Positions 1-9,467 of a stretch of 64,000 nt of DNA are shown here, piece by piece. Numbering within the stretch: the stretch's first letter is position 1; every line of letters starts with the position of its first letter. Position numbers and translations under genes: made by a program. The notes under the pieces are model-generated. The model was not told the DNA's origin. It made no database searches and saw only the letters and a program-made list of their open reading frames with translations. This stretch comes from Minisyncoccia bacterium (GTDB lineage Bacteria; Patescibacteriota; Minisyncoccia; Phycocordibacterales; UBA9973): contig JBAQFO010000009.1 of the NCBI GenBank assembly GCA_049287305.1, forward strand, positions 108,558 through 172,557. Direction: 5' to 3'.

Positions 1-592
1 AGTATCCGAAAACATCATGCACTAGCGCGAAAAGAACATTACCGTCTTTAATGCTATATACCAGCGCTCCGCCTTTTTTGTCTATCGGAAGTTTGGAAAT
101 ATCCACGGGTTCGTTTGCCTTTTTCTTTTTGCTTTCCTGTTCTTTGCCGGGTTCGCCTATTTCTTTGTATACGGCACCAAGGACGCCGTTGACGAATTTG
201 CCGGAGTTTTCTCCGCCGAAAGTTTTCGCAAGTTCAATAGCTTCGTTGATGGCAACCTTTGGAGGAACTTCTTTGCGGTCGCCGAACAAAAGCTCGGTAA
301 GGCCGATTCTGAGTATATTTCTGTCCACTACCGATATTTTATCTATCGGCCAGTCGGGAGCCGCCTTTTCTATAATTTCATCAATAACCCCGCGTTTTTT
401 TAGAACTTGGTCAATCAAAGAAAATACAAAAATGTCATCCTCAAAACCGGGGGCGAATTCGTTTAAATTTCTTTTCAGAACTTCCTTTATTTCTTCCGGC
501 GTAGGATTGGCGTTCTTTTTTTCATCTCCGGAGAAATCCCACTCAAAAAGCGTCTGCAGAACTATTGATCTAGAAAGGTGCCTATTTGCCAT
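1..592 (-). CDS. nusB: Transcription antitermination factor NusB, 5'-complete, C-terminally extended and running off the window start
   Basis: Manual translation of the reverse strand from ATG at 592-590 gives [20 protein letters not shown]...[31 protein letters not shown], the NusB signature. It is followed by a K-rich linker and a new domain start ([20 protein letters not shown]) with no stop before position 1. Confidence 0.8.
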   Translation of the reverse strand, partial: MANRHLSRSIVLQTLFEWDFSGDEKKNANPTPEEIKEVLKRNLNEFAPGFEDDIFVFSLIDQVLKKRGVIDEIIEKAAPDWPIDKISVVDRNILRIGLTELLFGDRKEVPPKVAINEAIELAKTFGGENSGKFVNGVLGAVYKEIGEPGKEQESKKKKANEPVDISKLPIDKKGGALVYSIKDGNVLFALVHDVFGY

Positions 593-642
593 TGTTTAAA
601 AACAAATTACTTATTTACAAATTTGCGAAAGCGCTCTTTGGG

Positions 643-873
643 TTACTTGACTGCTTCAGCTTTCTTGGCCTTGGCTTTCTTTTGCTTCTTTTCGGTCTTT
701 TTTATCAAATCCAGAACCTTTTTGCCACGGTAAAATCCGCACTGGGAGCAAACCGTGTGTCGTCTCTTTAATGCTTTGCAATTCTCACATGCCGTAAAAC
801 TGGTGCTTTTTAGCGCATGATGCGAGCGCCTGTTTTTCGTATGCGATTTTGTATGTCTCATTCGTACTACCAT
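643..873 (-). CDS. rpmF: 50S ribosomal protein L32 with K-rich C-terminal tail
   Basis: Shows the L32 consensus pattern: basic N-terminus (MVVRMRHTKSHTKNRRSHHAL) and CENC...CSQC zinc-ribbon cysteines. Confidence 0.8.
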   Translation of the reverse strand: MVVRMRHTKSHTKNRRSHHALKSTSFTACENCKALKRRHTVCSQCGFYRGKKVLDLIKKTEKKQKKAKAKKAEAVK

Positions 874-956
874 AATCTGCTTATACTAGCATATTAAACC
901 CGAAATGCAAATCAGCCCCGTATTGCAAAGGTTAAAAATGTGATATCATTAAATAC

Positions 957-2204
957 ATGGAAAAAGACGAAATAAAGGAAGAGAGCCGAGACCATAAAAA
1001 GATAGGCCGAGAGCTGGAATTATTTACCTTTAGCGACACCGTAGGTAAAGGGCTGCCCTTGTGGCTACCAAAAGGAGCAACTGTGCGACGAGAACTTGAA
1101 CGCTTTATCGTGGACGAGGAGTTGAGGCGTGGATATCTCCATGTTCGCACTCCTGACATCGCCAAGCTTGACCTATATAAAAAATCCGGGCACTACCCTC
1201 ATTACAAAGATTCCATGTATGCGCCTATTCAGATAGACGATGAGGAGTTCATGCTCCGCCCGATGACTTGCCCGCACCATTTTGAACTTTTTCTATCTAA
1301 ACCTCATAGCTATAGAGAGCTTCCCATGCGTATTGCCGAGCTTGCCCAACTATATCGCTACGAGCAATCTGGCGAACTGATGGGACTACAAAGAGTGCGC
1401 ACCTTCTGCTTGGCTGACGCGCATATTATATGCGCGAACGAAGAACAGGCAGTAGAGGAAATCGGCAAAGCTTTGGACCTGATTGAATATGTGACTTCTG
1501 TGTTTAATTTGAAACTCGACGTTGATTATAGATACAGGTTGTCCTTGGGCGACCGAAACAATACTGAAAAGTATTATAAAAATGACGAGGCGTGGGAAAA
1601 AGGCGAAGACCTATTACGCAAATTAATGCAGAAACGCGGAAGCAAGTTTGAAGAAGCAAAAGATGAAGCTGCCTTCTACGGCCCGAAGGTGGATATTCAA
1701 ATGAAAAATGTTAATGGCAAGGAAGATACTGCTTTTACCGTTCAATACGACTTCTGCATGCCAGGAAGATTTAATCTTAACTATATAGGGGAGGACGGCA
1801 AGGACCATTTAGCTTTCGTGGTGCATCGCTCATCCATAGGAGCAATTGAGAGAATCATGGCGTTTTTAATAGAAAAATACGGAGCTGCCTTCCCTCTTTG
1901 GCTTGCGCCAGTTCAGGTAAAAGTCATCCCGGTTCGGGAAAATCATAACGAATATGCTAAGGAAGTTTATGAAATGCTTAAGGCCGAGAATATCAGAGCA
2001 GAGCTTGATACTGCGGATTCAAATCTTGGAGGAAAGGTTCGCCATGCTAAAGAAGAAAAAATGCCATATTGGGTAGTCATCGGCGACAAGGAAATAGAAG
2101 CGAAGAAAGTCACCCTGGAATCACGGGACGCCGGCCAACTTGGACAAATATCCAAAGAAGAATTAGTTTCTAAATTATTAGAAGAAATTAAAAATAAAAA
2201 ATAA
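957..2204 (+). CDS. thrS: Threonyl-tRNA synthetase, catalytic core plus anticodon-binding domain only (lacks N-terminal TGS/editing domains)
   Basis: Starts at RDHKKIGRELELF (the class II ThrRS motif-1 region) and has TCPHHF, FCLADAH and a C-terminal anticodon-binding domain. It is 415 aa against ~640 aa for canonical ThrRS. Confidence 0.9.
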   Translation: MEKDEIKEESRDHKKIGRELELFTFSDTVGKGLPLWLPKGATVRRELERFIVDEELRRGYLHVRTPDIAKLDLYKKSGHYPHYKDSMYAPIQIDDEEFMLRPMTCPHHFELFLSKPHSYRELPMRIAELAQLYRYEQSGELMGLQRVRTFCLADAHIICANEEQAVEEIGKALDLIEYVTSVFNLKLDVDYRYRLSLGDRNNTEKYYKNDEAWEKGEDLLRKLMQKRGSKFEEAKDEAAFYGPKVDIQMKNVNGKEDTAFTVQYDFCMPGRFNLNYIGEDGKDHLAFVVHRSSIGAIERIMAFLIEKYGAAFPLWLAPVQVKVIPVRENHNEYAKEVYEMLKAENIRAELDTADSNLGGKVRHAKEEKMPYWVVIGDKEIEAKKVTLESRDAGQLGQISKEELVSKLLEEIKNKK

Positions 2205-2209
2205 ATGTT

Positions 2210-2422
2210 ATGAAGAGACTCTATAAAAGCGATACGAACAAGGTTTTTGCTGGAGTTATCGGCGGAGTGGGAGAATACTTTGACATGGACCCTACTCTTC
2301 TTCGCCTTGCCTACCTGCTTATAGCCATCCTTACGGCTTTCGTTCCGGCGCTTATAGGATATCTGATTGCGGTAATTATCGTGCCAAAAAAGCCCCTGCA
2401 ACTACCAGGGTCTACGAGCTAA
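2210..2422 (+). CDS. PspC-domain membrane protein
   Basis: MKRLYKSDTNKVFAGVIGGVGEYFDMDPTLLRLAYLLIAIL matches the PspC domain consensus (RLYRS..kvi.GVcgGlaeyf..dp..vRl), followed by a TM helix. Confidence 0.7.
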   Translation: MKRLYKSDTNKVFAGVIGGVGEYFDMDPTLLRLAYLLIAILTAFVPALIGYLIAVIIVPKKPLQLPGSTS

Positions 2423-2433
2423 GTTTCAAAACT

Positions 2434-2457
2434 AAAAATCCCCCGAGGGGGATTTTT
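2434..2457. terminator. Bidirectional rho-independent terminator between convergent pspC-like and gyrB
   Basis: Perfect palindrome aaaaatccccc-gag-ggggattttt flanked by A/T runs. Confidence 0.6.
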
Positions 2458-2460
2458 AGT

Positions 2461-4545
<2,085 letters not shown>

Positions 4546-4591
4546 TTATAGCAAAAACCGGCCTTGATTACTAGTGATTTTAGTGTTTAAA

Positions 4592-4632
4592 AATAGGGCA
4601 TAAAAAGAAAGAGGAGGCCGTCGCGTAATGCG
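4592..4632 (-). terminator. Rho-independent terminator (minus strand) after the small-ORF pair in the GC island
   Basis: Reverse strand forms a 13-bp stem (one mismatch, one GU) with a taa loop, followed by a U-rich tract (ctctttcttttta). Confidence 0.5.
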
Positions 4633-4737
4633 ACAGCCTCCAGTCCCCTGATTCTATCCGACGCTATACAGCCTCGGTTGAGTCGTCGAGGAGACGACTC
4701 ATTTACCTCCCACTCGTCTGACAGGAGGAAACACAAT

Positions 4738-4916
4738 CTACAACACGCCCGAGGTTCCGTTCTTTCCAGGCGTAGGGTCGTACACCTCTGAATCCCCGGG
4801 ATTCCCGAGCCAGATCGACTCTTCCTTCTTCGTAGCCGGCTGGCCAGAAGTCATTCCTGGATAACGGCGATCAAGCGGGGAGGGAGATTCTTCGGAGTTC
4901 TCTCTGTCGGTCTTCA
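4738..4916 (-). CDS. Hypothetical small protein (59 aa, low-complexity/disordered, P/G/S/E-rich)
   Basis: MKTDRENSEESPSPLDRRYPGMTSGQPATKKEESIWLGNPGDSEVYDPTPGKNGTSGVL, preceded by a strong SD (AAGGAGAAGG-8nt-ATG). It lies in the high-GC island and is the internal-ATG version of the listed 124-aa ORF. Confidence 0.4.
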
Positions 4917-4942
4917 TGATTTTTACCTTCTCCTTGTCCTGT

Positions 4943-5449
4943 TTATGTATTGATGGGAACTGCGGCCACCCAGCGAAATCGCTGGAACAAATAATTCGCG
5001 CTGATGAGTCTCGATTCGCGGCAGTCGTCTGCGATCCAGGTCTCTGAGACCATCCTGACATCGTTCGTCCCCATTCGAACAATACAAGGCACGAGCGACA
5101 CCAATGACACATAGTGCCGTCCCAGACGTTTCGGCAAGTCGTGCTGAGTCTGACCTACCGCAAACACTATGCGGGGGTGAGCAGGCTTCAGTCCCTTGTC
5201 TTTTAGAATGTCTAGCGCTACCTCCTTTTTCCACGTCTTGGTCGTCGCAGTCTTCCGAAAACCTAGAAGATGGACATCAATCTTTTCCACTCCCTTGCGA
5301 GAAGATGAATACTGCTCTCCGGTCTGGAAAATGAAAAGTTCGGCATCGCTGTCTTCTCCTGAGAGAAAAATGGCGTCCGGCCAATCCAAGCTCCAGTTAA
5401 CTTCCACCCCCTGAAGTGTAAACTCTTGTACTGGTTTGTGCCTGTGCAA
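4943..5449 (-). CDS. Hypothetical protein (168 aa, TTG start), no family recognised
   Basis: ORF with GGGAGG 9 nt upstream of TTG. The protein (…IDVHLLGFRKTATTKTWKK…RIVFAVGQTQHDLPKRL…) is non-repetitive. The region is ~58% GC against ~40% for the flanks, and its stop lies 26 nt before the downstream small ORF. Confidence 0.4.
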   Translation of the reverse strand: MHRHKPVQEFTLQGVEVNWSLDWPDAIFLSGEDSDAELFIFQTGEQYSSSRKGVEKIDVHLLGFRKTATTKTWKKEVALDILKDKGLKPAHPRIVFAVGQTQHDLPKRLGRHYVSLVSLVPCIVRMGTNDVRMVSETWIADDCRESRLISANYLFQRFRWVAAVPINT

Positions 5450-5703
5450 GTCCCCTTACCTCCCTTTTATTTATTTGTCAAAAAACCAAATCACGTCCCC
5501 TAAAGAAAAACACCGCCTTTAGAGGGCTGGTGTTTGGGTTGTAAGTTTTGTTTTTGAGAGATTTTTACAGCGCAAATATCAGCCTTCTAAATGAGGTGTC
5601 CTTAATGACGAGGAGGGCTGTGTTTTTATTTGTTGCTGTATATTTGTTCACTTTTTTACTATAACACATTTTGAAATAAGAGAAACCTGATCTGTGGAAA
5701 AGA

Positions 5704-7554
5704 TTATCTGACTTGCCATCCGTTATTTTCGGTAATTTTTTTGGATATATTGTCCATAATTTGGTTTATTTCCGCATCGGTGAGAGTTCGATCATAAGAC
5801 TGGAAAACTATTCGGAAAGCATAGGAAATTTTGCCGTCTTTTTTAAACTCATCAAAAAGCTCGGGTCCTTTGATTACTACATCCCCCGCGTTTTCTTTTA
5901 TAACCTTTAGCACCTCTTCGCTTTTTACATTTTCAGGAACCCACACCGCCACGTCCCGAGCGATAAACGGAAACAGGGGCCAATTTTTAAAATTAATGTT
6001 AATCAACTTAAACGGAAGACCAGTTGTAACACTAAATCCGTCTATGGTTGTTGGGAAATTTCCAGTATTTGGTGCGCCTTCACTAAGATTGGAAAAACTG
6101 AAATCTTTACAAAATTCTTCAAGCTTAACTTCTTTTACTTCTTTTTTATCTCCGTAAGCTATTCGCATTTCCTCTCCGTTTTTATTGAATATGGTTCCAA
6201 TCTCAAAAACTTTAATGATGTCCCCTCCCAGGAGCGGAGCATTGGTTTGATTTAATCTTATGCTCTCTTTTAACCCATCGGTTAAATTGGTTCGCAAAAA
6301 GTTTTTATCTGACGCCGAAGCAAGGACGGACACTTCTCCGTTATTTTTAAAAGACGAGGTCATTACTTCGCTGTATCCTTCCGCCAACAGCTTATTTCTC
6401 GCCCAGACAATCTTGGCATATAGTTCATTTTGCTTCGGCTTAAAATCAACTTTTGGGATATTATTCTTTAGCCTGTCAAATCCCAAAATCCTTCCTATCT
6501 CCTCCGCGGCATCTTCTTCTATGTTAAGGTCCAGGCGCATTGTCGGCACTTTTATCTCAAACACTCCCTTCTCTTCTTTGTAGTCTATGTTGTATCTTTT
6601 CAAAATTTCTTTTATCTCCTCCGGAGAAACTTCTATGCCTAAAATTTTAGAAATTTTTTCGGTTCTGAAGGAAAGTTTTTGTATCTCTTGTTTTTTAGGA
6701 TATACATCCACAATATCTTCAAAAACCGCTTCTGGGCACATTTCAAATATGAGGGCTGACAGCTCGCGCATGCCGTAAGCAGCAAGTTCGGGAGAAAGGT
6801 CATTTTCAAAACGTTTCTTGGCGTCCGTGAAAATACTTAGTGCTTGGGCTGTTTTACGGACTGAGGTTGGGTCAAAGTTAGCGCACTCCAATATGATTTC
6901 CGTCGTGTCATTTGTCAGCTCCGCGTATTTGCCTCCTTTTATTCCGGCGATATCAAGCGGGTTGCCGTAATCATCCGCGATAATCATCATAGTATCATTT
7001 AATTCTTTCTCACCGCCGCCAAGCAAAGTAATTTTTTCTCCGTTCTCGGCATTTCTAACTTTTAGTTTTAAATCTTTTACTTTGCTTAAGTCAAAAACGT
7101 GGGCCGGCTGCCCGCAGTTGAACATCACTATATTCGTCGCATCTACTATGTTGTTTATTGAACGCTGCCCTATAGCTTCCAGGTGTTTTACTACCCACTC
7201 CGGGGATGGGCCGATTTTTACATTCCTTACTACTCGCCCCATGTATCGCCGGCATTTGGAAGTTTCTACTGTTTTAATTAATTTTGTCGGCTTGGATTCC
7301 GGAATTTTATATTTTGCCGTCGGGTCAACAAGTTTTATATTTAAAAGCGAAGCAATTTCGCGAGCAATACCCAGATGAGAAAGAAGGTCGTGAGCCCGGT
7401 TCGGCAATATTTTTATATCCAAAATAGTATCTCCATCGGAATTTTTTTCCAGGGACTCCACTTCGGCCAGATGGTAGGTAAAAATATCAGCCAGTTTCTC
7501 CGCTTCCGGCGCCTCCGGTATATACCATTTAAGCCAGTTATAAGAAATTTTCAT
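5704..7554 (-). CDS. pheT: Phenylalanyl-tRNA synthetase beta subunit (short form)
   Basis: MKISYNWLKWYIPEAPEAEKLADIFTYHLAEVESLE at the N-terminus, plus the B3/4 and B5 regions and a C-terminal FDX-ACB-like end. It sits immediately downstream of pheS. Confidence 0.9.
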   Translation of the reverse strand: MKISYNWLKWYIPEAPEAEKLADIFTYHLAEVESLEKNSDGDTILDIKILPNRAHDLLSHLGIAREIASLLNIKLVDPTAKYKIPESKPTKLIKTVETSKCRRYMGRVVRNVKIGPSPEWVVKHLEAIGQRSINNIVDATNIVMFNCGQPAHVFDLSKVKDLKLKVRNAENGEKITLLGGGEKELNDTMMIIADDYGNPLDIAGIKGGKYAELTNDTTEIILECANFDPTSVRKTAQALSIFTDAKKRFENDLSPELAAYGMRELSALIFEMCPEAVFEDIVDVYPKKQEIQKLSFRTEKISKILGIEVSPEEIKEILKRYNIDYKEEKGVFEIKVPTMRLDLNIEEDAAEEIGRILGFDRLKNNIPKVDFKPKQNELYAKIVWARNKLLAEGYSEVMTSSFKNNGEVSVLASASDKNFLRTNLTDGLKESIRLNQTNAPLLGGDIIKVFEIGTIFNKNGEEMRIAYGDKKEVKEVKLEEFCKDFSFSNLSEGAPNTGNFPTTIDGFSVTTGLPFKLININFKNWPLFPFIARDVAVWVPENVKSEEVLKVIKENAGDVVIKGPELFDEFKKDGKISYAFRIVFQSYDRTLTDAEINQIMDNISKKITENNGWQVR

Positions 7555-7557
7555 AAA

Positions 7558-8268
7558 CTAAAATTGATTGAGCCGTAAATCTCCCTGATAAAAAAGTCTC
7601 ACGTCAGGAACTCCCCATTTAATCATTGCAATACGGTCAAGCCCTCCGCCGAAAGCAAAGCCTTGGTATTTTTTAGGGTCAAGACCGATATTCCGCAAAA
7701 CATTAGGGTGCAACATCCCAGCGCCCATCATTTCCAACCATTTGCCTTTAAACTTGGCGAAGACTTCAAGTGATGGTTCCGTAAAAGGAAAGAAGCTGGG
7801 ACGGAATTCAACCTCTACGTCGTCTCCAAGCATTTTTTTATAAAAATGAGTGAGCACCCCCTTAAGGTCGGACAAGGATATGCTCTCCCCGACCATACAT
7901 CCGTCTATTTGGTAAAATTGCATTTCGTGAGTTATATCAGTTGCTTCGTTCCTGAAAACTTTCCCGACGGAAATGAATGCTGCAGGAAGTCGGCCGTCTT
8001 TCCCTGCTTGCTCCAGTGCCCGCGCCGTGACTGTGGTGGTATGTGTGCGTAAAACCTTGTTCGGTATGTCTTTAATCCAAAAAGTATCTTGCATATCGAG
8101 AGCCGGATGGTCTTTGGGGAAATTCAGAACATAGAAGTTATACCAATCGCTTTCAAGCTCGGGACCGGTAGCTATTTCAAACCCAAGGTCCGAAAACGCC
8201 TGATAAGCCTCCTGAGCCAAGAGGGAAAGCGGGTGTATCGTGCCAGACTTATTTTCTTCTTTGTTCAT
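7558..8268 (-). CDS. pheS: Phenylalanyl-tRNA synthetase alpha subunit (N-terminally truncated form, 236 aa)
   Basis: Class II core motifs are present: FPKDHPALDMQDTFWI, FRNEATDITHEMQFYQIDG, FPFTEPS, and GAGMLHPNVLRNIGLD...GFAFGGGLDRIAM. Confidence 0.85.
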   Translation of the reverse strand: MNKEENKSGTIHPLSLLAQEAYQAFSDLGFEIATGPELESDWYNFYVLNFPKDHPALDMQDTFWIKDIPNKVLRTHTTTVTARALEQAGKDGRLPAAFISVGKVFRNEATDITHEMQFYQIDGCMVGESISLSDLKGVLTHFYKKMLGDDVEVEFRPSFFPFTEPSLEVFAKFKGKWLEMMGAGMLHPNVLRNIGLDPKKYQGFAFGGGLDRIAMIKWGVPDVRLFYQGDLRLNQF

Positions 8269-8273
8269 ATACT

Positions 8274-9290
8274 TTATTCTATCAAATTCGCTTCTACTGG
8301 GCTAATTTTCCGCCCATGGCGGGACAAGACGCATCCGCCGACACAGAACGCCTTGCCTTCGTTTTCGACGAGACATTTTTCACAGTTTATAAAATGCCTG
8401 TGGCAGACAGGGTTTGCGCAGTTCACATAATTTTCCGACAAGGCTCCGCAAGTATCGCATTTGCCTACCACTTCCTGCCCGCCCGAATTTTCATTCATTC
8501 GGGTAAACTTTTCATCATCGGTATAGAATCCTGCCCGGCTTATCTGAGACGGGCCCATAGTCACTCGTCCGTCAAAGACATATAATTTTCCTTTGAAATC
8601 TTCATTCGGGTATTTTTCCATGTAACTTACTATCCCGCCGTCTAGTTGATACACATCGGTAAAGCCTTGAGTTATCAAAAACCCCGATGCCTTTTCACAG
8701 CGCACTCCTCCGGTGCAAACAGTCAGAACCGTTTTATTCTTCAAATGAGCTATCTGTTCTACCACTTTCGGCAGGTCGCGAAAATTCTCGATTGGAGGCA
8801 ATATTGAATTTTCAAAATGGCCAACCTTATGCTCATAAACGTTGCGCATGTCCACGATGTAAAATTCCCTGCCCGAATGACCGGAGTCACCTGGTCGGGC
8901 GGGTTTTTTATCTTTTATCCACGCATGAAGTTCTTCCGGCTTCAAATGTTCTCCGGTTACAATATTTGGGTCTATGTCGCAAGCCCCCAGATGGAGAGAC
9001 ACTATTTCTTTGCGAACTTTGACAGAAAGTTTGGGAAACGCCCGCCCTGTCCCCTTACTCAATTTAAAGTGAATATTTAAGAATCGGGAATCTTTCTCAA
9101 GCTCCTTTATATATTTTTGAATGTTTTCGGTGGTTCCTTCAAAAGTCGTGTTTATTCCCTCGGCAGCAATAATACATCTGCCTTTTAAGCCCAACCTAAT
9201 AGACAACTCATCCTGCCACAATCTGACCTCTTCCGGATTTTCTATGCGGACGTATTTATAGAATAGAATAATGGTGTAATCTGCTGTCAT
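8274..9290 (-). CDS. trhO: Rhodanese-domain tRNA U34 hydroxylase TrhO/YceA family (UPF0176) with C-terminal Cys-rich zinc-binding tail
   Basis: N-terminal UPF0176 domain (ILFYKYVRIENPEE...RCIIAAEGINTT), rhodanese active-site loop CTGGVRCEKAS, and a C-terminal CxxC...CxxC cluster. Confidence 0.7.
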   Translation of the reverse strand: MTADYTIILFYKYVRIENPEEVRLWQDELSIRLGLKGRCIIAAEGINTTFEGTTENIQKYIKELEKDSRFLNIHFKLSKGTGRAFPKLSVKVRKEIVSLHLGACDIDPNIVTGEHLKPEELHAWIKDKKPARPGDSGHSGREFYIVDMRNVYEHKVGHFENSILPPIENFRDLPKVVEQIAHLKNKTVLTVCTGGVRCEKASGFLITQGFTDVYQLDGGIVSYMEKYPNEDFKGKLYVFDGRVTMGPSQISRAGFYTDDEKFTRMNENSGGQEVVGKCDTCGALSENYVNCANPVCHRHFINCEKCLVENEGKAFCVGGCVLSRHGRKISPVEANLIE

Positions 9291-9467
9291 GAAAGTATCT
9301 TAACGACAAAAAGACAAAACTACAAGATTCTGTTAATATATGGACATGCATCATAAAGAAGAGGACGAGACAAAAAAAATATATTTGCTTTTGATAAGAA
9401 CAGCCATCATTTTCGCCATTATAGGTTTTTATCTTGCCTGGCTAGACAACGGCCCTGGGTTTTTGCC

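Noticed and set aside
51-599. 182-aa plus-strand ORF at the window start
   Set aside because: Low-complexity S/F/L-rich translation with no motif. It is antisense to a clean NusB reading frame on the minus strand that I translated by hand.
4923-5414. Multiple overlapping 70-125 aa ORFs on both strands inside the GC island (4738..5112 upstream part, 4923..5234, 5104..5334, 5196..5414)
   Set aside because: These are expected by chance in a stop-poor high-GC stretch. Only the two ORFs with SD motifs and non-overlapping, co-directional arrangement were kept.
4560-5460. Possible structured RNA (RNase P RNA, tmRNA, group II intron domain V, hammerhead CUGAUGAG motif) in the GC-rich island
   Set aside because: I searched both strands for GGAAAGUCCGG, the ACAGAACCCGGCUUA-type P4 strand, GGGUGAAA, a D5-like 34-nt hairpin and a complete hammerhead core. 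Only an isolated CUGAUGAG string and some CCGGCU fragments are present, so there is no support for any of these RNAs. It is still flagged as a composition anomaly.
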